A stretch of 64,000 nt of DNA, taken from assembly GCA_963777505.1 (NCBI GenBank), contig CAVZQN010000004.1, positions 544,001 through 608,000 of the forward strand, in the 5' to 3' direction. Below are positions 20,484-30,050 of this stretch, piece by piece; the first letter of the stretch is position 1; every line of letters begins with the position of its first letter. The DNA comes from an uncultured bacterium. Its GTDB lineage: Bacteria; Acidobacteriota; HRBIN11; JAKEFK01. A program made the translations under genes and the position numbers. Below the pieces are notes generated by a model. The model did no database searches and was not told the origin of the DNA. It worked only from the letters and a program-made list of their open reading frames with translations.

Positions 20484-23354
20484 TTAAGGAAGATTAAGCA
20501 GCCATGCGCCACGTCCGTGTGTAGCAGCATAGAGCTTACGCTCCTCAGTAACAATTGTCAGACCAGGTGTTTCAACATTTGGCATACCTGGTGCTGCAAG
20601 TTGCCAATCGATTCCAGCTGAAGCTGCTTCACGTAAAACACCAAAATCGTTTGAAATGTATAGATCACCGGTGACTTGATCAAATACAACATCACTGAGT
20701 GGGATATCGCCCAATGATCCTAGGCCTGTTCCATCAAGGCTGGTCCATGTTGCAGTTCCGCCACCCGAATCATATACAACGTGGAATATATGGCCCGGTT
20801 CAGCAGGCGTATTGGCACTAAAACCACTGTAAGTGATCCACGCTTGATTCGGGTTTGCAGGATCGATGTAGATGCCGGTTGGAAATCTTCCTGGATCAGC
20901 GATTGAAAGAGTGTCAATGCGTGTGAAGGTAACGCTGGAAGCTGGGACTGCATTGGCGTTTGTAGAAACAAAAATGCGCCCTGTTGAGGTAGCCGCCCAA
21001 AGAGTCGTCGCATCGCTGTCTGTTCTTTCCACAGCAGCAACAACTCCGCCTGCGCGATCACCAAAGGAAGCATTGGTTAAGGCACCTGCTACAGTTGGAT
21101 CACCAAGAGGTTCCCAATCGCCGCAAACATCCGCAAAAGAGCCAGTCCATTCATTGCACTGCGCTCGAAATTGCGGAATGGTCATCGTACCTTTGCCATA
21201 TGTTTGAGTTCTCCACACGTGTTGTAATCCCGCGAACAGTGTTAGGCTGACTGACGGATCGTGGATGATTGGAATGTAGAAGCTAGCATTGGCGGCTTCT
21301 CCGGCGATGAACCATGGATCTGATACCCAGTTCCAATCTGCAACGCTTCCGGAATCGAAATTTACATCAGCCTGGCCAAGGAAGAAAGTGTGGAAGCGGT
21401 ATTTCTTTTCTTCAATATCGAATCCGGATTGTCCACCATCACCAATCATTGTGTTCAACCAAGTTACAGTACTTTTCTTCGTTTCCCATGTGCCATTATC
21501 CTGAGTTCCACCTTGTACATTTCTGGAATTCTGAGGATTGACACTCAAGCTTTGGAATTGAAGTGTGTGGAGACCTTTGTTGATACTGTGAATCTTTCTT
21601 GGAATGGCTGAAAGCAATTGTTGACAACGGAGCAACTCATCTCCAGCCAATCCGCGAGGATTACAGAAATTGGATCGATTTACTAAATCTCCAGTCGAAC
21701 GAACAATACCTCCATCAGTTCCTTCAAAGAACTGCAGTGGGTCATTTGGGTTCGTAACAAGAGTCTGATGATCCGGGTGGATTCCGAACGGATAAAGGAA
21801 ATCCGTACCATCATAGGTCAGATCGTTCCAGCTGACGCCGGCGTCTTGCGACATTACAAGACCGCGGCCATTGGAAATCCAGTTCACTGGAGTGAATGGA
21901 TCATTTTCATCATATTGATTTGATCCACCAAGATACACAATGTCAGGACTCCCTGGCGGTGTGTAGACAAAGTTGTCATACCAGCACTGGCCGGTGCAAT
22001 AGTTAAAGGAACCGTAACCGGGATCGGCTGGATTGCTGCTTGTTAGATCGGAAAAAGTTGGCGTTCCCGTTCGTACACTATCACTGCGGAACAAACGGCT
22101 GTATTGACTGCCGGCATTTGTGTGTCCTTCGCCAACATACATTCTCGTATCGCCATTTCCAAGAGTCGTGACAGCAATTGCAGCGCGAGTCGTGTTAATT
22201 GCTGCATTGAGCGAAGGAAGAATTTGAGTCCATGTTGCGCCATCATCCGGTGAGCGCCATACGCCACGCGCGAATGAAGATGCATAAAGAACCTGGGGAT
22301 CGGTTGGATCGAAGAGGACGGCGCGAACCCCGCGGGGGGAACATTGTGTTCCGTTCGTTGCAACAGTAGCAGGATCGGTACATCCAACTGTATCTGGAGC
22401 ACCATTATGATTCAGTGACCAATTGGCGCCACCATCTGTGGATTTATAAAGACCCCAGATCGCTGCACCAGGAACGAGAATTGTAGTTCCACCGCCGCTT
22501 ACAGACGAAACTCCATTCGTTGCTCTGACGGAGCCGGCATAAATGGTGTTTGAATCGCCTGGTTTCACTGCAATTGTGCCAACAGCCCGGCCATTAAACA
22601 CGGATTTACCCAAAGGTCCGGTCCATGAATCTCCGCCGTCTGTTGATTTGTATAATCCAACACCAAATACGCTGTCTGCACTGGCATTTCCTTCGCCTGT
22701 GCCTGCCCAGATCGTATTACCTGTCGCATCATTCGGATCGAGAGCTACACTTCCGACTGAATTGATTTCAAAAGTTATCGACAAGTATTCCCAGTCCGGA
22801 TTTTTATCCAGAGCTCTGTCGGTGCGCCAAACTCCTCCACCCGCAGCGCCAATCCATAAACGACAGGATTGCTTTGTGCAAGTTGGTGAAATCACCATGG
22901 AAGTTGTTCGGCCTGCAGCAAAATATTTTTTCGGTGTATATAAGGTGGCATCACGAAATGGAAAACTTGGCACCTTACCAATGGTAGGTCCATAGCTTTC
23001 CCACGTTGGACCACCTCCAAGAGGTGATGTGATGCCTTTAGCTTTTAGTTGTTGAAATGCCACACGCGCATTTTCGACTCGTGCCAATGGTATATCTGTC
23101 GCAGGATATGCCATTCTGGCAAGTTTCTCGGCATAATAACTTCCAGGACCTTCTGGCCGTTCATCACTTCTAGCAGGCAGAGTCTTTTGAAGCTGTTCAA
23201 GGTGCTTGCCTAATGCTTTAGGCGTCCAATTTTTGCGAAACTTAACTGCCTTCTTTGTGGAAGCAGTGGGAGTTTCATTCAATTGAAAATAAGCTACACC
23301 AGTTGCGCCTAGCAATAACGCAACGATGGGAACAAAGAACCATTTTTTGGACAT
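20484..23354 (-). CDS. Large exported BNR/Asp-box (sialidase/VPS10-like) beta-propeller protein
   Basis: N-terminal signal/anchor; repeated SxDGGxxW boxes, AGTGE, GTQDNG, ATHGRGAW. Confidence 0.82.
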   Translation of the reverse strand: MSKKWFFVPIVALLLGATGVAYFQLNETPTASTKKAVKFRKNWTPKALGKHLEQLQKTLPARSDERPEGPGSYYAEKLARMAYPATDIPLARVENARVAFQQLKAKGITSPLGGGPTWESYGPTIGKVPSFPFRDATLYTPKKYFAAGRTTSMVISPTCTKQSCRLWIGAAGGGVWRTDRALDKNPDWEYLSITFEINSVGSVALDPNDATGNTIWAGTGEGNASADSVFGVGLYKSTDGGDSWTGPLGKSVFNGRAVGTIAVKPGDSNTIYAGSVRATNGVSSVSGGGTTILVPGAAIWGLYKSTDGGANWSLNHNGAPDTVGCTDPATVATNGTQCSPRGVRAVLFDPTDPQVLYASSFARGVWRSPDDGATWTQILPSLNAAINTTRAAIAVTTLGNGDTRMYVGEGHTNAGSQYSRLFRSDSVRTGTPTFSDLTSSNPADPGYGSFNYCTGQCWYDNFVYTPPGSPDIVYLGGSNQYDENDPFTPVNWISNGRGLVMSQDAGVSWNDLTYDGTDFLYPFGIHPDHQTLVTNPNDPLQFFEGTDGGIVRSTGDLVNRSNFCNPRGLAGDELLRCQQLLSAIPRKIHSINKGLHTLQFQSLSVNPQNSRNVQGGTQDNGTWETKKSTVTWLNTMIGDGGQSGFDIEEKKYRFHTFFLGQADVNFDSGSVADWNWVSDPWFIAGEAANASFYIPIIHDPSVSLTLFAGLQHVWRTQTYGKGTMTIPQFRAQCNEWTGSFADVCGDWEPLGDPTVAGALTNASFGDRAGGVVAAVERTDSDATTLWAATSTGRIFVSTNANAVPASSVTFTRIDTLSIADPGRFPTGIYIDPANPNQAWITYSGFSANTPAEPGHIFHVVYDSGGGTATWTSLDGTGLGSLGDIPLSDVVFDQVTGDLYISNDFGVLREAASAGIDWQLAAPGMPNVETPGLTIVTEERKLYAATHGRGAWLLNLP

Positions 23355-23550
23355 TGTCCCTTACTCCTGTTTTTTTAGTATCGGTTGTAACTGAGAGGTG
23401 ATTAAACTAATGGAGTAAAGTACCAAACGTACACGTTAGGCAGAGGAATACCAGTAACGTCTCGTTTGATTCATAACCCTATCTTTACTCAAACGAATTT
23501 TAGCACGAATCAAGGGGGAGATTTTAAGCACCTGGCAACATTCTTTTCCG

Positions 23551-25350
23551 TTAGTCTAGATATTGCGAAAGCCAGTTCAGCCATCGATCGTAGACATCCT
23601 TTGACCGAACTGGATCCGTCACCAGATGTCCGGGACCCGGATACACAATGAATTGAGTTTTCACTCCATTGTCGCGCAATGCATGAAACAGTTTGTACGA
23701 GCCGGTGATGCTGACTCTGGAGTCGGAAGATTTCGAAAGAACCAGAGTAGGAGTCCGGATTTTAGAAAAATTCTTCAGCGGTGATTGCTCATGCGCGCTC
23801 TTCAGATTGTCGCCGGTGTAAGGTGAAGCAGTGATCGCATGTCTGTGCATACGATTCAGATCGCTCAAGCTGTACATGTCTGTGTAATCCACGGGAGCTG
23901 CTCCAGCAACAGCTGCTGCCCACTCGCCAGGATAGCGGCCGATCATCCAGGCAGTCATCCAGCCGCCATAAGACCAACCGGATACTGCTATTTTTTTCGG
24001 ATCCACATATGCCTTTTTTTTCATTGCTTCGACACCATTCCAAACATCAGCTCCAGGACCTTCACCTGCATCATTGGCAATTGCACTTTGAAATGCATTG
24101 CCGCGATGATTGCTTCCGCGATAATTTGGCTGAAGGACAATCCATCCTTTCGCTGCCATGATTTGTGCGGTCATGTTGAAAGCCAATGTAGATGTGGCGG
24201 TAGGTCCTCCATGAATGAGCAGCACGAGCGGATATTTTTTTGAAGCCTCAAAATCCGGCGGATACGTTAACACGCCATCGGTTTCAAAACCGGAGGTGGT
24301 GTTCCATGAGATTCCTTCTCTTTTTCCTTGCTTTCGCTCGGCGATGCTGCGATTAAAATCGGTGATACGTTCCGGTTTTGCATCAACCGTTGGAAGAAAA
24401 TACAATTCAACGGGTTTTTGTTTTTCTTCACCGATGAATGCAATCGAGCCGGATTTACTCACGCTTAGTTCGTAGACTTCCATGACTTCACCAGTATTCA
24501 GCTTCCTGTAAGAATTATTTTCAGCCTGCGCCCAAATTGCTGACTGCAATCCATCGTAGCCTGTTAGCACGAGTAGTCCGTTTGAAAACCAGGCGAAATC
24601 AAGAATCTCGCGATCCAACGTTCGCGTTACGCTGCTCGCGGATCCGTTAGGACTTGCCAAATACACTTCGCTAAGATTCGCTGCAATACCATCGCGCGGA
24701 TAGAAGAAAACCAATCGTTGATCATCACCCGGTAAGAAATAAGCAGGTCCTTCTTTGTTTGTGTTAGAGGTGAGTGGTTGCAATTTTTGTGATTCAACAT
24801 TTAACAGATGGATCTTGCCCAAATCGCTGTCTCCTGAGTGCGAAGAAGGATAGGTTGTTATCGCAAGCTGTTTACCATCCGGGGACCATGAGAGTGAGGA
24901 ATTGTAAAAATCCGTTGCAACAATGATACCGGGCGGAGTTAACCGTTTGCTATCTCCGCCACTTGTATCCACGATGCTTATGTAATTTTGCGTAGCGTCA
25001 TCGCGAGTTAAGTAATCATTACTTCCAACTTCAAAAGAATTGTTAAATCGCTCCACACCGGTTTTGATGATTGGATCTTCTGCGGCAACGAATGCAAATC
25101 GTTTCCCGTCGGGACTCCAGGTGTAATGGAGAATTCCCCCTTTGCTGTGCGTGATTTGCTGCGGCTCACCACCCTTTAGGGAAAGTGTAAACAGCTGAGA
25201 AACCTCATCCACAGTTCCAAGAAATGCGATTCGATCCCCTGCGGGAGACCATGTAACCGCTGAGATATCGGTTCGTTTGCTGAGGGTGCGCTGTTCTTTG
25301 CCAGGCACACCGATCATCACGAGTTCAGTTGAGTAAGTCGTTCGAATCAT
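23551..25350 (-). CDS. S9 family peptidase (main part; frameshift at about 25335)
   Basis: WSPDG propeller repeats, IHGGP, PNYRGS, GWSYGG, D-x-RV, YPGPGH. Confidence 0.9.
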   Translation of the reverse strand: MIRTTYSTELVMIGVPGKEQRTLSKRTDISAVTWSPAGDRIAFLGTVDEVSQLFTLSLKGGEPQQITHSKGGILHYTWSPDGKRFAFVAAEDPIIKTGVERFNNSFEVGSNDYLTRDDATQNYISIVDTSGGDSKRLTPPGIIVATDFYNSSLSWSPDGKQLAITTYPSSHSGDSDLGKIHLLNVESQKLQPLTSNTNKEGPAYFLPGDDQRLVFFYPRDGIAANLSEVYLASPNGSASSVTRTLDREILDFAWFSNGLLVLTGYDGLQSAIWAQAENNSYRKLNTGEVMEVYELSVSKSGSIAFIGEEKQKPVELYFLPTVDAKPERITDFNRSIAERKQGKREGISWNTTSGFETDGVLTYPPDFEASKKYPLVLLIHGGPTATSTLAFNMTAQIMAAKGWIVLQPNYRGSNHRGNAFQSAIANDAGEGPGADVWNGVEAMKKKAYVDPKKIAVSGWSYGGWMTAWMIGRYPGEWAAAVAGAAPVDYTDMYSLSDLNRMHRHAITASPYTGDNLKSAHEQSPLKNFSKIRTPTLVLSKSSDSRVSITGSYKLFHALRDNGVKTQFIVYPGPGHLVTDPVRSKDVYDRWLNWLSQYLD

Positions 25351-25507
25351 AATTCTGCCGCGAAACCAGCATTAGAATATGTTTCCCATCCGGAGAAATC
25401 TCAACACCAGAAAGATCTATCTGTTCGCGAAGATGATGTGTGGATAGCAAATCCTGAGCTTCAGCATGAAGTCCGAAGCAAATAAGAAAAATCAAGATGG
25501 TTTTCAT
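25325..25507 (-). CDS. N-terminal fragment (signal peptide) of the frameshifted S9 peptidase
   Basis: MKTILIFLICFGLHAEA signal, ISPDGK; AAGGAG RBS. Joins the main part as NYDSND-YSTELV after removing one base. Confidence 0.7.
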   Translation of the reverse strand: MKTILIFLICFGLHAEAQDLLSTHHLREQIDLSGVEISPDGKHILMLVSRQNYDSNDLLN

Positions 25508-25527
25508 CGATCTCCTTTCAAAGCGAA

Positions 25528-25631
25528 CAACGGATAAACCCGGATATGATTAAACACAGATAACACGGATAAACACGGATATTTGTCAAAAACATAATAA
25601 ATCAGTGTTCATCTGTGTCATCCGTGGTTAA
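25528..25631. repeat. Inverted pair of nonamer tandem repeats (MITE/REP-like element)
   Basis: Left arm AAACACAGATAACACGGATAAACACGGAT (25552-25580); right arm ATCAGTGTTCATCTGTGTCATCCGTGGTT (25601-25629). Confidence 0.75.
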
Positions 25632-25642
25632 ATTATCAATGC

Positions 25643-26386
25643 TCATCCGTTGTTACTGGAAACAACTCTAACAAGCCAATCGGTCACAGTTTGTACTAAC
25701 CACGAGCGGCAGGTGCTAAATCCGTGGTCGCTTTGTTGCTTTCGAATAAGTTCAACATTGTGAAGATCGGAGATTTGGTTGAGATACTGATCAGGTGGAA
25801 AGATTGAATCATTTTCGGCTGCAATCAAAAGAACAGGACGCGGACTGAATGCTTGCAAAGAATTCCTGAGTGAAACCATTTCTTCCCATTGTTTTACCAG
25901 ATCCCTTCCAGTTACTCCATTCAACATATTCGCAAATTCATTCGCCATTTCTGTTGGAAATTGAAACTTACCAGGTTCAATGACCGGGCTAATGCCAACA
26001 ACGGAACGGATTAATGGTTCGTTTGCGGCATAGAGGAATGCCGGATAAGACCCGGTGCTCGTGCCAATTAGAACAATGCGATCTTTATCGACCGATGGTT
26101 GTTCTAAAACCCATTCCGTTGCAGCTTGCGTGTCGTCTGCTAAACCGTCAAGCGAGAAAGATCCTTGTGATCCCCAACTTCCGCGAAAATGAAAGTAAAG
26201 ACAATTCCAATGGAGATCACGAAGGCGATATGCAATATCTAAATGCTTTTCAATACCTGGAAGGCCGTGAAGTAAAATTGCAGTCGGTCTAACTGTATCT
26301 CCTGCACCTTTATAAAAACCGCCGAGAAGTCGACTGCCATTTGAAAAAAATGTGACGCCATCAAGTCCAGCTTCAAATTTGCTCAT
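25643..26386 (-). CDS. Alpha/beta hydrolase
   Basis: LLHGLPG, FRGSWGSQG, GTSTG nucleophile, AEND, SDHGF. Confidence 0.85.
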   Translation of the reverse strand: MSKFEAGLDGVTFFSNGSRLLGGFYKGAGDTVRPTAILLHGLPGIEKHLDIAYRLRDLHWNCLYFHFRGSWGSQGSFSLDGLADDTQAATEWVLEQPSVDKDRIVLIGTSTGSYPAFLYAANEPLIRSVVGISPVIEPGKFQFPTEMANEFANMLNGVTGRDLVKQWEEMVSLRNSLQAFSPRPVLLIAAENDSIFPPDQYLNQISDLHNVELIRKQQSDHGFSTCRSWLVQTVTDWLVRVVSSNNG

Positions 26387-26432
26387 AATGCACTGATTCT
26401 TTGTAGTCGGATATTAAATCCCAACAGCGTGT

Positions 26433-26462
26433 CTTGGCAAAGACAGTTTCAAAACGTTAGAC
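26433..26462 (+). repeat. Direct repeat, copy 1 (partner at 30051-30079)
   Basis: CTTGGCAAAGACAGTTTCAAAACGTTAGAC versus CTTGGCAAAGA-AGTTTCAAAACGTTAGAC. Confidence 0.75.
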
Positions 26463-26579
26463 GAACGAAACATTTCTTTCAATATTCATCGTTCAGGTTA
26501 ACCGAAGGACCAGTCAGGTTTCCGCGTGCTAGAATAAATCTACATTGACTCTGGGAAGTTAGTTTCAGGGAACTCTCTT

Positions 26580-27689
26580 TTGATTGGACAAACCGTTTCG
26601 CACTACCGGATTCTCACCAAGCTCGGTGGAGGTGGAATGGGTGTGGTGTATGAGGCAGAAGATCTCAATCTCAAACGTCATGTCGCACTGAAATTTTTGC
26701 CTGATACACTTCCAGAAACAGGAGATGCTCTGGAACGCTTCCGCCGGGAAGCGCAATCGGCATCTGCACTGAATCATCCCAACATTTGTACGATCCACGA
26801 AATCGGCGAACACGAAGGACGTCCTTTCATCGCAATGGAATTAATGAAAGGGAAGACGCTGAAGCACACGATCAACGCAAAGCCGATGGAAATCGATCAA
26901 GTGCTGGAGCTTGGTGCACAAATTGCAGATGCGCTCGATGCAGCGCATGCAGAAAAAATCATTCATCGCGACATCAAGCCGCCGAATATTTTTATTACTG
27001 AACGTGGCCAGGCAAAGCTGCTCGACTTCGGTCTTGCCAAGCAGAGCGTAGGAACGCATGCAGATACGGAGATGCCCACCGCAAGTACACCGGAGTATCT
27101 CACAAAGAGTGGATCCACGATGGGAACGGTTGCCTACATGTCTCCGGAACAAGCACGCGGAAAAGATCTGGATGCGCGCACAGATTTGTTTTCCTTCGGT
27201 GTGGTGCTCTATGAGATGGTAACCGGCACACTTCCCTTTGGTGGGCAAACCACCGGTGAAATGCTGGAAGCAATCTTCACAAAGGAGCCGGTGGCACCTG
27301 TGCGGTTGAATTCGAAGGTGCCTTCAAAGCTCGAAGAAATCATCGCCAAAGCAATGGAGAAGGACCGCAATCTGCGTTATCAACATGCTTCGGAAATGCG
27401 CACTGATTTGCAACGGCTGAAGCGGGATACATCCCACGCTTCTATGGCGGGCAGGGACGCCCACCCTCCGATGGAATGGGATAAAGCGGTGGCCACGGTG
27501 AGCCGCCCTCCGAAAAGGATGGGACAATGGATCGCGGTTGCTACTATGGCTGTAGTACTATTAGCTGCAACATTTTTCTATTTCGGCCGCCAAACAAAAT
27601 CGGCTGACACAAAAGCGGCACCGCCTGCCGCAGAGTCCACGCAAGACAGCAATGGCCGTTCTTCCATTTGTAAACTTGAGCAAAGATGA
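26580..27689 (+). CDS. Ser/Thr protein kinase domain plus TM helix (first part of a frameshifted kinase-TolB_N-TPR gene, 26580-28999)
   Basis: [30 protein letters not shown]. Confidence 0.9.
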   Translation: MIGQTVSHYRILTKLGGGGMGVVYEAEDLNLKRHVALKFLPDTLPETGDALERFRREAQSASALNHPNICTIHEIGEHEGRPFIAMELMKGKTLKHTINAKPMEIDQVLELGAQIADALDAAHAEKIIHRDIKPPNIFITERGQAKLLDFGLAKQSVGTHADTEMPTASTPEYLTKSGSTMGTVAYMSPEQARGKDLDARTDLFSFGVVLYEMVTGTLPFGGQTTGEMLEAIFTKEPVAPVRLNSKVPSKLEEIIAKAMEKDRNLRYQHASEMRTDLQRLKRDTSHASMAGRDAHPPMEWDKAVATVSRPPKRMGQWIAVATMAVVLLAATFFYFGRQTKSADTKAAPPAAESTQDSNGRSSICKLEQR

Positions 27690-28383
27690 AGACCAGGAAT
27701 ACTTCTCCGATGGCTTGACTGAAGAGCTGCTGAACGTGCTAGCAAAGAATCCAAAGCTGCAAGTCACTTCCCGCACTTCGGCTTTTTCATTTAAGGGAAC
27801 GAAAACAGACATCAAAACAGTTGCTGAAAAATTAAACGTGACGCATGTGCTGGAAGGCAGTGTGCGAAAGGCAGGAAACCAGATCCGTATCACAGCACAA
27901 TTGATCGAAGTGTCAACCGACTCGCATCTGTGGTCACAAACTTACGACCGCCAGATGGAAAACATCTTTGCCGTTCAAGATGACATTGCTACATCGGTTT
28001 CCAGTGCATTGAAAGTGACCCTGGAAGGGGGTCACACCATCAAAGCACAGCAGACAAATCCCGAAGCTTACAACGCCTACTTGCAGGGGCGCCACTTCTA
28101 CGACCGGCGGATGAAGGAGGATCTGGAAAAGGCGATCGGCTACTACGAACAGGCACTGAAGATTGACCCCAATTATGCGCGCGCCTGGATCGGTTTGTCC
28201 ACGGTTCACGGCGCTCAGGCGGATTATGGGCTTCTTGTCGGTAGACGAAGGATACAGAAAAGCCAGGAAGGAAGTAGAAAAAGCGCTGGCACTGGATCCA
28301 AACCTGGCAGAGGCTCATGCAAACATGGGATGGATAAGGATGGTCTACGACTGGGACTGGACCGGCGCGGATGCAGCTTTTAA
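27652..28383 (+). CDS. TolB_N-like/TPR middle part of the frameshifted kinase
   Basis: AVLPFVNLS...EYFSDGLTEEL...SRTSAFSFKG...LEGSVRKAG. Confidence 0.78.
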   Translation: MAVLPFVNLSKDEDQEYFSDGLTEELLNVLAKNPKLQVTSRTSAFSFKGTKTDIKTVAEKLNVTHVLEGSVRKAGNQIRITAQLIEVSTDSHLWSQTYDRQMENIFAVQDDIATSVSSALKVTLEGGHTIKAQQTNPEAYNAYLQGRHFYDRRMKEDLEKAIGYYEQALKIDPNYARAWIGLSTVHGAQADYGLLVGRRRIQKSQEGSRKSAGTGSKPGRGSCKHGMDKDGLRLGLDRRGCSF

Positions 28384-28999
28384 GCGGGCGCTGGAACTGG
28401 AACCATCAAATGCGGATGTGCTTCGGGACGCAGCCACGCTAGCAGCAGTGCTTGGCCGTTTTGATGAGGCGATCGCACTGAACCGCCGCGCGATCGAGCT
28501 TGATCCACTGTTAACAGCAGCACATTTTCGTCTGGGTCTTCACGCTTATTATGCAGGGCAATTGGACGTAGCGGAGCAAGCCATCCGGAAGGCTCTGGAG
28601 CTGAATCCGCAGCGTCCGCAGGCGCACTCGCTTCTGGGCCGCATCTACCTTGCGCAGTCGAAACCAGAAGAGGCGCTTGCCGAGATTCAGAGGGAGCCTG
28701 AGCCGATCTGGCGCGGCTACGGACTTGCGCTTGCGTATCATGCAGCTGGAAAAAAGAAGGAAGCGGATGCGGCACTGGCTGAGTACATTGAAAAATTTCA
28801 GAACGAAGCAGCCTTCCAGATTGCCGAGATTTACGCTTACCGCGGCCAGACGGATAAAGCCTTCGAGTGGCTGGAACGCGCCTACAAACAGCGCGACGGC
28901 GGGCTGACCCAAATGAAAGTCGATCCGTTGCTGCGCAACCTGGAAAGCGATCCACGCTACACCGCCTTCCTGAAAAAAATGAAACTGCCGGTGGACTGA
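28163..28999 (+). CDS. TPR C-terminal part of the frameshifted kinase
   Basis: ALALDPNLAEAH, YDWDW, AFEWLERAY, DPRY. Confidence 0.78.
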   Translation: MTPIMRAPGSVCPRFTALRRIMGFLSVDEGYRKARKEVEKALALDPNLAEAHANMGWIRMVYDWDWTGADAAFKRALELEPSNADVLRDAATLAAVLGRFDEAIALNRRAIELDPLLTAAHFRLGLHAYYAGQLDVAEQAIRKALELNPQRPQAHSLLGRIYLAQSKPEEALAEIQREPEPIWRGYGLALAYHAAGKKKEADAALAEYIEKFQNEAAFQIAEIYAYRGQTDKAFEWLERAYKQRDGGLTQMKVDPLLRNLESDPRYTAFLKKMKLPVD

Positions 29000-29184
29000 T
29001 CCTGATTTTTTATCGCAGAGAAATACTTGTTACCATAGACCGGTCACGGATCTAACGGACCACGCATCACCAATTCTGTTAGGAAATCGTTCGAATCGTA
29101 ATTTTGTCGCGAGACCAGTATTAGGTATCCACCATTGCTGATATTCGCCGGGGTGAAAAGAACACCTTAATTTTACCTTCCGTC

Positions 29185-29853
29185 TTATTCGTCTCCTCTC
29201 GCGAATTCGACCGCATCGTTGGCGCCTTTCCGAATCGTTTCTTTTACTTGTTCGGTAGCGCCACCAACAACTGTTTCGACGGTTTGTATGACCTCTCTCT
29301 TAGTTTTGACAGCGTCGACCACACCTTCTGCTACTGTTTCAATAACTTGTCTTTTGATCTTGAAAGCATCGACTACACCTTCTGCTACCGTTTCAATAAC
29401 TTGTCTTTTGATCTTGAAAGCATCGACCACACCTTCTGCTACAGTTTCTTTTACTTTATCGGTAGTGCGATCAACAACTGTTTCGACCAGTGTCCCTGTC
29501 TCTTCCACAAACTGTTTCGCTTGCTGGGCGGTCTGAACGGTGTCCACAACGCCTTCCCTAATTTTGTCTTGAACCGCTTCTGTGGCACCATCAACAACAG
29601 TTTCTGCAATTGTTTTGCTACGTTCCGCCGTATCTACCGCGTCTTGCAGCGATTTCTTCATCAGGCCTGCTCCGAGATCGAGCATCCTTTTTGCTTCGTT
29701 GGCAAAATCAGTTTGATTGGCAGGGACGTCTACGGCAGGATCGGTGGGTTCTGAAGGTGGAACTCCAGAATCCAGTCCATCCGTTGGCTGACTTACTTCT
29801 TCCGGACTGTTGGTTTGCTGGACCGAATTTCCATAACCAGTAATTCTTGACAT
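29185..29853 (-). CDS. Hypothetical protein with 18-aa amphipathic tandem repeats
   Basis: AAGGAG RBS; disordered N-terminus, then VAEGVVDAFKIKRQVIET repeats. Confidence 0.75.
   Translation of the reverse strand: MSRITGYGNSVQQTNSPEEVSQPTDGLDSGVPPSEPTDPAVDVPANQTDFANEAKRMLDLGAGLMKKSLQDAVDTAERSKTIAETVVDGATEAVQDKIREGVVDTVQTAQQAKQFVEETGTLVETVVDRTTDKVKETVAEGVVDAFKIKRQVIETVAEGVVDAFKIKRQVIETVAEGVVDAVKTKREVIQTVETVVGGATEQVKETIRKGANDAVEFARGDE
29312..29448. repeat. 54-nt coding tandem repeat (about 2.5 near-identical copies)
   Basis: Units start at 29312, 29366 and 29420. Confidence 0.85.
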
Positions 29854-30050
29854 ACGTTTCTCCTTCTTTCACAGAGCAAGTCTTAGAAGACTCCCATACA
29901 GTACATGCGGAAACAGTGCGTGAAACAGCTCAATTGGTTTCGGGGAAAGCGTCCGTTGGATTTTGTTGCAAGTGCGTTGCGAAGCACTTTAAGCATGTGA
30001 ATACAACACAAACATCGACCTATTGGTGTTGGCGAAACACTCAAACATTG

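Noticed and set aside
26419-26462. Integron attC site (GTCTAAC...GTTGGGA on the minus strand)
   Set aside because: Only about 44 bp, no clear L boxes, and no intI or cassette array. Kept only as part of the direct-repeat finding.
28380-28955. Long antisense ORFs over the TPR region
   Set aside because: Shadow frames of GC-rich coding sequence with no motifs.
29312-29448. 54-nt repeats as a CRISPR array
   Set aside because: Contiguous in-frame coding repeats with no unique spacers.
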